DNA of 64,000 nucleotides, from NCBI GenBank assembly GCA_964432825.1, contig CAYSOX010000002.1:16188-80187 (forward strand), given 5' to 3'. Of this stretch, positions 19,388 through 28,623 are shown one piece after another. Both the position numbers and the translations under genes were made by a program. Every line of letters starts with the position of its first letter. The first letter of the stretch is position 1. The notes under the pieces are model-generated. The model had not been told where the DNA came from and made no database searches. It saw nothing but the letters and a program-made list of their open reading frames with translations. The DNA is from an uncultured Lachnospiraceae bacterium. Its GTDB lineage: Bacteria > Bacillota > Clostridia > Christensenellales > UBA1242.

Positions 19388-20155
19388 ATGAAATTTGTTT
19401 GCATAAATACAAGACCATTTAAAATATTGATTTGTGTGGCAATTTGTTTGGTTGTGGCATCGTGTATGGTGTATACAACGGCAAGTGCGAGCGTTTACGC
19501 GGGCTACACAAATAGATTACTTCCAATTTATGGTGTCGAAACGGATAAAAAGGAGGTGGCAATAACTTTTGATGCGGCATATGGAAGTGATGAAACGGTA
19601 AAAATTATAAATATTTTAAAGGAAAAAAATGTAACGGCAACCTTCTTTTTGGTTGGTTTTTGGGTGGATAAATATCCTGAACTTGTAAAAACTTTGGATG
19701 CAAGCGGGATTGAAATTGGAACACACTCAAACACGCACCCATATATGTCAAAACTTACTGCCTCCCAAATGACGCAAGAGCTTAGTACATCTATGGAGAA
19801 AATAACGGCACTTACCGGCAAGCCTGTTACATTGTTTCGTCCGCCATATGGGGACTATAACGATACCTTAATTAAAGTTTCAGAAGAACTTAAGATTTTC
19901 CCTATTCAGTGGAGTGTGGATTCATTGGACTGGAAGGGGTTAAACACCTCCCAAATGATGGCAAGAATTACACCAAATGTTGAAAATGGTAGCATTATTT
20001 TATTTCACAACAACAGCGACCACATTGTAGAGGCCTTGCCTGTGATAATTGATACCCTAACCGAGCAAGGATACACCCTTGTGCATGTATCGGAATTAAT
20101 TTATCACGAAAACTATACAATTAATAATAACGGCATACAAATCAAAAATAATTAA
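19388..20155 (+). CDS. Polysaccharide deacetylase (NodB homology domain)
   Basis: ITFDAAYG, THSNTHPYM, LFRPPYG, WSVDSLDW and LFHN are the NodB motifs. There is an N-terminal signal/anchor sequence. Confidence 0.85.
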   Translation: MKFVCINTRPFKILICVAICLVVASCMVYTTASASVYAGYTNRLLPIYGVETDKKEVAITFDAAYGSDETVKIINILKEKNVTATFFLVGFWVDKYPELVKTLDASGIEIGTHSNTHPYMSKLTASQMTQELSTSMEKITALTGKPVTLFRPPYGDYNDTLIKVSEELKIFPIQWSVDSLDWKGLNTSQMMARITPNVENGSIILFHNNSDHIVEALPVIIDTLTEQGYTLVHVSELIYHENYTINNNGIQIKNN

Positions 20156-20180
20156 AAACACGATTTAAAGGAGAATTTTT

Positions 20181-20852
20181 ATGAACACAATTTATGAAAA
20201 AAACAATATTGCAAGATGCACGGGCAAAATTTTAGAGGAGCCAAGGTTTAGCCACTTAATTTTAGGCGAGGGGTTTTATGATATGACTCTTGCAATACCA
20301 AGGCTATCAGATGAAGAAGATAAAATACCAATAACTGTTTCTGAACGGCTTTTGGGCGGAGTTAAAGCGGGTGAAAAGGTCACGATTGACGGAGAGTTTA
20401 GAAGTTATAATAAGTTGATAGATGGCAAAAGTAAACTTGTTTTAACACTTTTTGCTAAAGAACTTACCGAAAACTCCGACGACGATTCAACAAACGAAAT
20501 ATTTTTGACGGGATTTTTGTGTAAACCTCCGGTGTTTAGAACCACCCCATTTGGTCGAGAAATTTGCGATTGTTTAATAGCGGTAAACCGCTCATATAAT
20601 AAAAGTGATTATATCCCATGTATTGCATGGGGCAGAAATGCAAGGTTTGTGAATGGTTTAAGTGTTGGAGAAAAGGTGACCTTGCAAGGACGAATTCAAA
20701 GCCGAAATTATACAAAAAAATTGGATGATGACACAATAGTAAACAAAACCGCGTATGAAATCAGTGTTTCAGCCATAAAACTAGCCGACGAAGATGATTG
20801 TACACTTTCGCCATCCATCCTTCCAAATTTAAAAGCGGGTATTACTCAATAA
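20181..20852 (+). CDS. Putative tandem OB-fold, SSB-like protein
   Basis: Two internal repeats resemble SSB OB folds (..EGFYDMTLAIPRLS..IPITVSE.. and ..REICDCLIAVNRSY..IPCIAWG..). The assignment rests on pattern only. Confidence 0.45.
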   Translation: MNTIYEKNNIARCTGKILEEPRFSHLILGEGFYDMTLAIPRLSDEEDKIPITVSERLLGGVKAGEKVTIDGEFRSYNKLIDGKSKLVLTLFAKELTENSDDDSTNEIFLTGFLCKPPVFRTTPFGREICDCLIAVNRSYNKSDYIPCIAWGRNARFVNGLSVGEKVTLQGRIQSRNYTKKLDDDTIVNKTAYEISVSAIKLADEDDCTLSPSILPNLKAGITQ

Positions 20853-21135
20853 AATAATATTGCAGAATAAAAGCGAGCGAGTGGTAAATTTGAACTTAAT
20901 TAAAAAACAAATTTATAAATTAAATTTTTGGTGATATTACCATTAAAGTTGAGTTTTAAAAAAAATATTTCTAGCCAAGTTGAAGAAAAATTTCTAAAAT
21001 AAACGAAAAATTAAGCAAAAACTTGAAATAATTCAATAAACAGCGGGTATTATCCAGAAAATCGCAAAAAAAGAAGAGTGAATCCTTGAAATAATGGGTT
21101 CGCTCATCTTTTAAATTTTAGCATTATAAATATAA

Positions 21136-21909
21136 TTAATCTATATAAGGATTTTCAAAGGTTTCATTTGTTTTATAATTTCTAAGGGCTCGTGCAAGAG
21201 TGTCTGGAACAAATAAATTTGAAAAATATTCGTCATAATTTTTGTAACTTTTTATACTAACCTCGGTTGTGTTTTTAAGTGAATAAACCTTTGTGTAATC
21301 TTTTGAAAATTTTTCGATTGCTTGACCGTGAATTGTGCGGAAAATTTCCATTTCGCAAGCCGATGTTAGGCTATCACCAATAATCTTTTTTAATGTTTCA
21401 ATTGAAATATTCCCGTTTTCTGCCAAAAGTCGGATGCTTTCATTTTGTAAATCTTTAATTGTTGGGTGGCACCTTGAAGCATTTTCTAAAATTAAAGCAC
21501 TTGGAGTGGTGCTATTGGAGTTAAGTGAATTATTCAACGAAAAGTCTTCAATAAATGCACCGCGTAAATGATAGTTTGTGTCTTTTAGTAGGTCGGCTAA
21601 ATCTTCAGCGGACGCAATGTGTGAGTCTGGGAAAACACTCAAAAGTTCGAAAAAGGTATTTTTTAAATTTTTATATTCGGGGTTGGTTTTAATAAGTCGT
21701 TGCAAAATAAAGGCTTTTTCGTCTGAAGTTTTTGAGATTGCCAAACAAGAACTGAAAACATCTAGTTGAAATTCTCGAGACTTGTTGTGTAACAACGAAA
21801 AAATTTTGCCAAAAGTTAAAAGTCGAAGGGTTGCTGGTTTTTCGTTTGGTAGGCTAGATTTTGTAAGATTATATATTGAATTGAAAAGGTCAAATGTTGA
21901 ACACTTCAT
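21136..21909 (-). CDS. Hypothetical protein B2 (paralog of 21909..22799)
   Basis: Shares the block AISKTSDEKAFILQRLIKTN with B1 (EISENAKEKAFILQQYLKN). Its ATG overlaps the B1 stop (TAATG). Confidence 0.6.
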   Translation of the reverse strand: MKCSTFDLFNSIYNLTKSSLPNEKPATLRLLTFGKIFSLLHNKSREFQLDVFSSCLAISKTSDEKAFILQRLIKTNPEYKNLKNTFFELLSVFPDSHIASAEDLADLLKDTNYHLRGAFIEDFSLNNSLNSNSTTPSALILENASRCHPTIKDLQNESIRLLAENGNISIETLKKIIGDSLTSACEMEIFRTIHGQAIEKFSKDYTKVYSLKNTTEVSIKSYKNYDEYFSNLFVPDTLARALRNYKTNETFENPYID

Positions 21910-22799
21910 TATTGTTTATCTCCTTCATTTTTTGATGAATTGGTTGCTTGTTGTTCAATTTCCGTCATCATACCAATGCAACAAGGTACAATACAAGTTT
22001 GAGTAAAAAAGTCGTCAAAACTGTCATAAGGTGTAATTTTAATTGCTTCGGATACCTGATGATTCATTCTAACTTTTGGTGGATATGTTTCTTGGATTGT
22101 TGAAGTTATAACTTCTTTAATATACGGAGCATCGGTTGGGGTGATTGCAGAAGACAAATAAGGTAAAAAATGATTATGCAATTTTGTCTGGTAAAGTTCT
22201 TTATTTGTTTTTAATAGTTTATAGGAATTATGCTCATAAACTTTACTCCACTCTGGGCGTCTTCGGTCATGATAATTAGATGAGTACACTGCCCCGCCTA
22301 TGCCATGAATTTTCACAAAGTGTAAACTTTTAGCGCTTACACCATCGGTTAATATTGTGTCATCGGTTAAGCAGTTTTGTTTAAAATCTTCTTCATAAGT
22401 AGAAGAAAGTCTTTTGGTTAGTCTAGCGTTTTTAAGATATTGTTGTAAAATAAATGCTTTTTCCTTAGCATTTTCAGAAATCTCCAAAAGTGCCGAATAA
22501 AATGCAAATTCTTGGTCATATAAAAAACTTTCGTGTTCAGACTCTTCACCCGGAATGTATAATACATCAAATTTAGATTGAAAATTATTTATTAATATTT
22601 TAAATGCCACCAATCTTGAGTTGTTTTTAGCATTCTCAATTTCGGCGCGACGATTTGCGAGGTTTGTACGGTTTAAGCGGTTGTGTTTATCGGTAAGAGT
22701 GCTATATTTTGCCATAATTTTATCTAGTGAAGATTGAAAATATGCGTCGGCAAGTTCATTTATTTTTATTACATACTTTTCTTTCATAGATTGTTTCAT
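21909..22799 (-). CDS. Hypothetical protein B1
   Basis: I start it at MKQSMKEK (ATG at 22799), 5 nt after the stop of the upstream gene and preceded by AAAGGAG. The longer 387-aa track ORF would overlap that gene by about 270 nt. Confidence 0.6.
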   Translation of the reverse strand: MKQSMKEKYVIKINELADAYFQSSLDKIMAKYSTLTDKHNRLNRTNLANRRAEIENAKNNSRLVAFKILINNFQSKFDVLYIPGEESEHESFLYDQEFAFYSALLEISENAKEKAFILQQYLKNARLTKRLSSTYEEDFKQNCLTDDTILTDGVSAKSLHFVKIHGIGGAVYSSNYHDRRRPEWSKVYEHNSYKLLKTNKELYQTKLHNHFLPYLSSAITPTDAPYIKEVITSTIQETYPPKVRMNHQVSEAIKITPYDSFDDFFTQTCIVPCCIGMMTEIEQQATNSSKNEGDKQ

Positions 22800-22803
22800 A
22801 TTT

Positions 22804-23445
22804 TTACTCCTTTTCGTCGGGGGTATAATTATAAAGGTCGGAATATAAAGTTTCCATGTTGGCTCTTTCGTTTGAGGTAAATGAAGTATTTGTTCGTCTT
22901 TTAGGGTCTTTTGGTTGATGGTTTCTAGAATAACCGGACTTTGTTCGTTTAAACCCGCCCATCTTTTTACCGCGACTAAATGCTTCTGTTTGTGCTTCGG
23001 TGGCTCTTGCGCGTTTTTTAGTGTTTGCAAGATAGATTCGTTCTTGTTTAAATCGGTTTGCATATTTTGCATGGTTTACTGTGATGGTTGTTACAAGTTG
23101 CGACTTTATTGAAGAAAGTCTAACATTTTCTTGCGGGTTATCTTGCTCTTCAAAATCTAAGTTTCGTGCATAATGTACACAGGATGTTAGTCGCTCAAGT
23201 GTTTTCACAATTTGTTTGTGATTGCCATCTTTTTTGCGTTGGTGATTATCTGTTGCATTTGTAAAGCATCGCCCAGCTTCATTTCTTGATTCGCAATAAA
23301 AAATATTGCAAAGTGTCTTGTAAAAATTTTCAACGATATCAATAAAATCATCATCGCGAGAAAGAATATTTTCTAAAACCATAATTAAATTGTCGTATTC
23401 TTCGGCGGTTATTTCAGAACCTGCCTTTATTTGTTTGTCTTCCAT
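22804..23445 (-). CDS. Hypothetical HTH-like basic protein A2 (paralog of 23451..24074)
   Basis: VRLSSIKSQLVTTITVNHAKYANRFKQ aligns with IRLSTTKNKLATMFCVSRAKFYSRFKE of A1 and looks like a helix-turn-helix. Both also share N-terminal EYDxL and C-terminal SxNERxN blocks. Confidence 0.6.
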   Translation of the reverse strand: MEDKQIKAGSEITAEEYDNLIMVLENILSRDDDFIDIVENFYKTLCNIFYCESRNEAGRCFTNATDNHQRKKDGNHKQIVKTLERLTSCVHYARNLDFEEQDNPQENVRLSSIKSQLVTTITVNHAKYANRFKQERIYLANTKKRARATEAQTEAFSRGKKMGGFKRTKSGYSRNHQPKDPKRRTNTSFTSNERANMETLYSDLYNYTPDEKE

Positions 23446-23450
23446 ATTAA

Positions 23451-24074
23451 TTATTGCTCCTTTTCATTATTTTGTAAATTGTCACCGTCTAAACTGTCAA
23501 TAAAACCCGACAAACTTAGGGCGTCTACAAGGTTATGCCTTTCATTTGGAGAAAGTCTAGTCCTTGTGTTTGCTTTTGGTACTCTTTTGGCACGGGCGGT
23601 GAATTTGCTACCGGAGTATTGTTCTTGAGTGATTCTTCGGGAAATATTGTTATTTTTTTCAAAATATCTATCAAAAACCTTGGTTTTTGATAGGGTTCTA
23701 TTGATTTGCTCTTTAAAGCGTGAATAAAATTTCGCCCTACTTACACAAAACATCGTGGCGAGTTTGTTCTTTGTTGTGGATAGTCGGATTTTGTCACTTT
23801 CTAAAAAACAATTGCCGTAGTCTAAAGTTTCGACCATAGATAAACATTCGGATAACATACAATAGGTAAGTGTGATATCCTTTAAAGAGGTATTGTTTCG
23901 CTCATGGTTTTCAGCAAGACTGATAAAATAGCGTTGCAAGTCCTCTCTTTTGGTGGAGTCGTGTAATTCTTTGATTTTGTCGTAAATAGAAACGACAGTT
24001 TTATCAAATGGCAATTTTGCCGATAAAACCTCATAAAAACTACCGACTAGTGCATCGTACTCGGTATGATTCAT
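23451..24074 (-). CDS. Hypothetical HTH-like basic protein A1
   Basis: First gene of the four-gene operon. RBS GGGGGA. See A2 for the shared blocks. Confidence 0.6.
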   Translation of the reverse strand: MNHTEYDALVGSFYEVLSAKLPFDKTVVSIYDKIKELHDSTKREDLQRYFISLAENHERNNTSLKDITLTYCMLSECLSMVETLDYGNCFLESDKIRLSTTKNKLATMFCVSRAKFYSRFKEQINRTLSKTKVFDRYFEKNNNISRRITQEQYSGSKFTARAKRVPKANTRTRLSPNERHNLVDALSLSGFIDSLDGDNLQNNEKEQ

Positions 24075-24120
24075 ATTGTCCCCCTAAAATTTATTTTAAG
24101 CCCCTTTTTATAGTTATTAA

Positions 24121-24149
24121 ATAATAACACAAATTGTGTAAAATGTCAA
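24121..24149 (-). promoter_or_regulatory. Candidate promoter of the A1-A2-B1-B2 operon
   Basis: On the minus strand: TTGACA (24149-24144), a 17-nt spacer, then TATTAT (24126-24121) preceded by TGT (extended -10). Confidence 0.55.
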
Positions 24150-24193
24150 TACCTGCCGTTAATTTGCCCTATTTACCGCCGGATTTAGAAAGT

Positions 24194-24235
24194 ATAAAAA
24201 AAGAAGTTTAAGATGAAAAAATCATTAAACTTCTT
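24194..24235 (-). terminator. Intrinsic terminator, probably for ndk
   Basis: An 11-bp stem, AAGAAGTTTAA (24201-24211) with TTAAACTTCTT (24225-24235). The A-run on the + strand gives a T-run after the hairpin on the minus strand. Confidence 0.55.
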
Positions 24236-24517
24236 AAATTAATATTAAAATTTGTTTTTTTTTGCTTATTACTATTTATGGCTTTTATAACCCAATAAAA
24301 TTTTATAAAATATTAATTTTTCTATTTATAAAATTATATATGCCCCAAAATTTCTAAAAAATCAAAAATTAAAGATTTGAAGGGTTGTTAATTATTGCCA
24401 TTAAAGTTTTAACCAAATTTTAATACTCTAAGTGTCTGATTGATGTATATACATAGTATATAACAATAAACAAGATATAAAATACCAACAGCAAAATGTT
24501 TTGAGTAAACTTAAAAA

Positions 24518-24955
24518 TTAAATATTGTGGTTTTCTGCAAAAACGCTTTCGCCAAAAAATCTTTTAATTTCTGCATTTGCGGTGTCTCTTGCATCTGAAG
24601 CATGGATAACATTTGCCGAAGACGATGCACCTTCGTGCATAAAGTCGCCACGAATGGTTCCTTTTGGTGAATTTTTTGTAGGTCCGACAATTTCACGAAT
24701 CTTTGCAATAATACCTTCGTTTCCGGCAATAAGCATAGCGTAACACTCGCCACTTAGCATATAACTTTCAACTTCTGGGTAAAAAGGCTTATCTGCAATA
24801 TGTGCATAATGCTCTTTTAGGGTATCCCTTCCAATGTTAATAACATTTTCTTTTAAAATGTGCCCGCCAATAGATTCTAGTCTTGCTTTAATTTCGTCTT
24901 TGTGCTCCAAATATCCAGGCTTGATCATAACATAACTGTATTCTTCAAATTTCAT
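24518..24955 (-). CDS. ndk: Nucleoside diphosphate kinase
   Basis: YVMIKPG, GPTKNSPKGTIRGDF and NVIHASDARDTANAEIKRFF (active-site His region). Confidence 0.9.
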   Translation of the reverse strand: MKFEEYSYVMIKPGYLEHKDEIKARLESIGGHILKENVINIGRDTLKEHYAHIADKPFYPEVESYMLSGECYAMLIAGNEGIIAKIREIVGPTKNSPKGTIRGDFMHEGASSSANVIHASDARDTANAEIKRFFGESVFAENHNI

Positions 24956-25206
24956 AATTTATCTCCATTTATTAAAAATTCCTAAAAACATAATACCCGA
25001 AGAGTGCACCCTTTGTCAAGAAAAATGTAATCGGTTGAAAATTTCATAAAAAAACAATAGATAATCTGTAATTTTAAACGGGGAAATTATTGCTTAACAT
25101 AACTCTTTAAAAAAATAGATTTTGTAATAAAAAAATAACCTCAAGCGGAGTTGTTATAAATAAACTTAGGGGCAAAAGCCCCCTAAAATGGTTTTTGGGG
25201 TTAAGT

Positions 25207-25422
25207 TTAGTAGCTTGAAAGCCCCACTAGTTCATCTAAACTTACATCAAAAAACTTTGCAAGTGCAATAAGTGAAGACATATTTGGTTCCCTTAGTCCA
25301 TTTTCCCATAAACTAATTATCCCTTTGCTAACATTTATTGCTTTTGCAAGTTCTACTTGACCTATTCCTCGCTCGGTGCGTAATTCTTTTAAATTGTCTT
25401 TAAATAAGTTTTCATTTTCCAT
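25207..25422 (-). CDS. XRE-family HTH transcriptional regulator
   Basis: LKELRTERGIGQVELAKAINVSKGIISLWENG is a classic Cro/C1 HTH. Confidence 0.85.
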   Translation of the reverse strand: MENENLFKDNLKELRTERGIGQVELAKAINVSKGIISLWENGLREPNMSSLIALAKFFDVSLDELVGLSSY

Positions 25423-25567
25423 TATTATCAGATGTTGTCGGCAGGTAACCTTAAAATATCTGCCACCAGTTCATTTATTCAAAACCTAAGTGCCGAAAAT
25501 TTTAACGGAAGTTGTGACCAGCAACTGATAATCACTTAATGGTTTAGTTAACAATATATTCTCACAG

Positions 25568-25611
25568 TTGTAAGAAAATTGCTCGACTTCTTACAATTGT
25601 AAGAATATAAT
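25568..25611. promoter_or_regulatory. Operator-like palindrome overlapping a promoter between the XRE gene and the TM2 gene
   Basis: A perfect 18-bp palindrome, TTCTTACAATTGTAAGAA (25588-25605), abuts TATAAT (25606-25611). A third half-site, TTGTAAGAA, lies at 25568-25576. The -35-like TCGACT is at 25583-25588. Confidence 0.5.
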
Positions 25612-25647
25612 AAAAGTGAAATTTTTGTTAAAAGGGAGGAAATACAA

Positions 25648-26040
25648 ATGGATGAAAACACAAACTCGCAAAGTGTAAACATTCAAGAAACTAAATTTTG
25701 TAGAGAATGTGGGCAAAAAATTGCAAAAAAGGCTGTAATTTGTCCTCATTGTGGGTGTCAAGTTGAAAATGTTACACCATCTCAACCACAGGTAGTAATC
25801 AATAATTCAAATCAAAACCAAAACACTAACTCTATCGCTCCGCAAGGCGTTAGAATGTGTAATAAGTGGGTTGCACTTTTATTGTGTTTATTATTAGGCT
25901 GCCTTGGTGGACATAGGTTTTATGAGGGTAAAATTGGTAGTGGGATTTTATATTTATTTACGGGCGGATTTTTCTTTATTGGCGTATTGATAGATTTCTT
26001 AACAATCATTGTTAAACCAAATCCTTATGCAGTATATTAA
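25648..26040 (+). CDS. Zinc-ribbon plus TM2-domain membrane protein
   Basis: CRECG..CPHCG zinc ribbon, then ALLLCLLLGCLGGHRFYEGKIGSGILYLFTGG (TM2 domain pattern). Confidence 0.75.
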   Translation: MDENTNSQSVNIQETKFCRECGQKIAKKAVICPHCGCQVENVTPSQPQVVINNSNQNQNTNSIAPQGVRMCNKWVALLLCLLLGCLGGHRFYEGKIGSGILYLFTGGFFFIGVLIDFLTIIVKPNPYAVY

Positions 26041-26053
26041 AGGAGAAATTATT

Positions 26054-26476
26054 ATGAAAGTTGAAATCAATGATAATAATATGAATGCAGAAATTGGTTC
26101 AAATAAAACTATATCAAGCAATTCACCAAATATTGAAGTGATAAAGCAATTCAATTTGGAAGCGCCTATTATATTTGGTATTGTAGCATTTATTACATCG
26201 GTTATAAATCTTCTAATTGGGCTATTTGTAAATTTTGGTACAAAAACAATAACTGGAATAATTGGAGAAATACCTTATTATTTGGTTGCTGTTCTAGTAG
26301 TGTTTATGGTGATTATGATAGTTTTATCAGTAATATTTGGCGTGTTTTCTGTAGTATTTTTTGCCAAATCGAAGAAAAAAACGATGGATATAATGGGTTT
26401 TATACTTGCGATTTTATCTTTTGTTACAACTTGCACTGGTGCTATTTTTAGCGTTCTAGGTGTAGTTGTTTGGTAA
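26054..26476 (+). CDS. Hypothetical membrane protein
   Basis: Start moved to MKVEIN after the RBS AAGGAGA. Three to four hydrophobic segments. Confidence 0.55.
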   Translation: MKVEINDNNMNAEIGSNKTISSNSPNIEVIKQFNLEAPIIFGIVAFITSVINLLIGLFVNFGTKTITGIIGEIPYYLVAVLVVFMVIMIVLSVIFGVFSVVFFAKSKKKTMDIMGFILAILSFVTTCTGAIFSVLGVVVW

Positions 26477-26583
26477 AAGTAAAAAAGGCTAAACTAAAAA
26501 AAATGAGATTTTAAAAGGGGGTTGCAATTACAACACCCTTTTAATGTTTTGTAATTATAAAAACAAATTATCTGCATCTAAAC

Positions 26584-26624
26584 AAAAAAAAACACCGGCA
26601 ATTAGGTAGTCCTAGTTGTCGGTG
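26584..26624 (-). terminator. Intrinsic terminator of the parAB operon
   Basis: Stem CACCGGCAA (26593-26601) with TTGTCGGTG (26616-26624, one mismatch). The A9 run on the + strand gives T9 after the hairpin on the minus strand. Confidence 0.6.
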
Positions 26625-26766
26625 CTTTTGTTATTTATTAAAGTCGTAAATTTGTGAATTGCTTAGACTAATTATATAAAATAGGAAGTGTTTTTTAACA
26701 TTTAATGAAGTATATGCTAGAAAGAAAATGTGTTTAAAAATTGTAATTTAATTTGAGAGTTAAAAT

Positions 26767-27819
26767 TTATCTATGTAAAATGTTATAAATTCGGTCTAAG
26801 TCGTCTTTTGAAAAATATTCTATAATAATTTTCCCTTTGCGGTCGGTTCCTTGAATGGTTGCTTTGGTTGAGAAAATGCGTTGCAATTGTGCGGAAAAAT
26901 CTTGCAATTCCAAACTTTGAACATAGGTTGCTTTACGCTTGCGGGCTTCGGTTAAGTTGGACATATTTTGGATGTATTTTTCCAACTCTCTAACACTAGC
27001 CTTGCTTTGCACAGCCATTAAAGCCGTTTTTAATTGAAGTTCGCGGTCCTCTATTCCGACTAAAATTTTTCCGTGACCAGCAGACAACTCGCCACGCTCG
27101 ATCATTTTAACAATTTCAGGGCGAAGTGCCAAAAGTCTTAGGGTGTTTGTGACTGCCGTTCGGCTTTTTCCGATTTTTTCGGCAATTTCTTCTTGGGTTA
27201 GGTTAAACCTTTCCACAAGTTCACGAATTGCGAAAGCCGATTCAATTGGGTTTAAATCTTCTCTTTGAAGGTTTTCAATTAAAGATATTTCGGCAATTTC
27301 TTGTTCGGTGTAACGCTTTATGATTGCAGGAATGGTTTTAAGCCCTGCAAGTTTGCTAGCCCTAAAACGCCTTTCACCCGAAACTATCATATAGCGGTCG
27401 CCATTTTTAACCAAAATGATTGGTTGAATAACTCCGTGTGCTTTAATGCTTTGAGCAAGTTCGTTTAGTGCACCTTCATTAAAATTTTTACGCGGTTGAC
27501 TTAAATTTCGGTCAATTAAAGCAAGAGGAATTTCGCGTGGGGTTGGGTCGCCGGTTGGAACTTCAACGATTTTCTCGACAATCTTTTCAACGGGTTTTTC
27601 AACGATTTTCTCGACGATTTTTTCAACTGGCTTCTCGACGATTTTCTCGACGATTTTTTCTACCGGTTTTTCAACAATCTTTTCAACAACCTTGGTTTCA
27701 ACAATCTTTTCAGGTTCGTTTTTGTCGTTTGTTTTCTTTTTTGGGGTAAGTGTTAAGTCTTCCGGCTCATCGTCAAGCCCTCCAAAAAGTGAATCTAAAC
27801 CTCTTCCGAGTCTTGCCAT
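26767..27819 (-). CDS. parB: Chromosome partitioning protein ParB/Spo0J
   Basis: N-terminal LGRGLDSLFG, the ParB box SQPRKNF..GVIQPIIL..GERRFRA, and an HTH (EIAEKIGKSRTAVTNTLRLL). Confidence 0.93.
   Translation of the reverse strand: MARLGRGLDSLFGGLDDEPEDLTLTPKKKTNDKNEPEKIVETKVVEKIVEKPVEKIVEKIVEKPVEKIVEKIVEKPVEKIVEKIVEVPTGDPTPREIPLALIDRNLSQPRKNFNEGALNELAQSIKAHGVIQPIILVKNGDRYMIVSGERRFRASKLAGLKTIPAIIKRYTEQEIAEISLIENLQREDLNPIESAFAIRELVERFNLTQEEIAEKIGKSRTAVTNTLRLLALRPEIVKMIERGELSAGHGKILVGIEDRELQLKTALMAVQSKASVRELEKYIQNMSNLTEARKRKATYVQSLELQDFSAQLQRIFSTKATIQGTDRKGKIIIEYFSKDDLDRIYNILHR
27558..27715 (-). repeat. In-frame tandem repeat (12/36-nt period) encoding (VEKI/VEKP)n in the ParB N-terminal linker
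   Basis: The protein reads VVEKIVEKPVEKIVEKIVEKPVEKIVEKIVEKPVEKIVEKIVEV. In the DNA, GATTTTCTCGAC and GATTTTTTCAAC units repeat. Confidence 0.85.
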
Positions 27820-27825
27820 TTTCTG

Positions 27826-28623
27826 CTAGCCCTCCTTTTTTCCTGATTTTTTATATTTTATCCCATTTTTTGCTAGGATTTCTTCGGCTAAACACATATA
27901 ACTTTTTGCGCCAACGCAAGATTTATCGTATAAACAAATTGGTAGCCCGTGGCTTGGTGCTTCTGCTAAACGGATGTTACGCGGTATGGTTGTTTCATAA
28001 ACACTGTTTGTAAAGTGTTTTTTAATTTCAGCGGCAACTTGTTGACCTAAACTAGATCGCTTGTCTTTCATTGTTAGTAAAACGCCTTCAATTTGAATAT
28101 TTGGGTTAAGTTTTTTCTTGATTAATCTTATTGTGTTCATAAGTTGGCTTAATCCTTCTAGTGCAAAAAATTCACATTGGATTGGTATTAATACCGAATC
28201 GGCACTAGTTAAAGCATTAATAGTCAAAAGCCCTAATGATGGCGGACAGTCAATTGTTATAAAATCATAACTATCACGAACCTTATCTAAAAGCCTTTTA
28301 ATGATTTTTTCACGAGATTCCATATAAACCATTTCAACTTCAGCGCCGGCGAGTTCGTTGTTGGCGGGCAAAATATCAAATCCTTCAACGGGGGTATGCT
28401 GAATAACTTCATCTATACTAGCCTCCCCAACTATTAAATCATAAACCGATTTCATTTCGGTGTTTTTTCTAACCCCAACACCACTGCTGGCATTTCCTTG
28501 AGGGTCAATATCTATAAGCAAAACCTTTTTGCCAAGGTTTGCAAGTGACGCGGAAGTGTTTACGCAACTGGTTGTTTTTCCTACGCCACCCTTTTGATTT
28601 GCAAATGCGATTATTTTTCCCAT
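27826..28623 (-). CDS. parA: Chromosome partitioning ATPase ParA/Soj
   Basis: Deviant Walker A, NQKGGVGKTT. 265 aa. Directly upstream of parB. Confidence 0.95.
   Translation of the reverse strand: MGKIIAFANQKGGVGKTTSCVNTSASLANLGKKVLLIDIDPQGNASSGVGVRKNTEMKSVYDLIVGEASIDEVIQHTPVEGFDILPANNELAGAEVEMVYMESREKIIKRLLDKVRDSYDFITIDCPPSLGLLTINALTSADSVLIPIQCEFFALEGLSQLMNTIRLIKKKLNPNIQIEGVLLTMKDKRSSLGQQVAAEIKKHFTNSVYETTIPRNIRLAEAPSHGLPICLYDKSCVGAKSYMCLAEEILAKNGIKYKKSGKKEG

Noticed and set aside
22800-23072. The long 387-aa version of ORF 21909..23072, which overlaps the upstream gene by about 270 nt.
   Set aside because: An internal ATG at 22799 sits 5 nt after the upstream stop and has its own AAAGGAG RBS. 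The overlapping part is the alternative frame of gene 22804..23445.
27537-28013. + strand ORFs (27537..27749 and 27750..28013) opposite parB and parA.
   Set aside because: They are shadow ORFs of well-supported minus-strand genes. The first is simply the antisense reading of the VEKI repeat.
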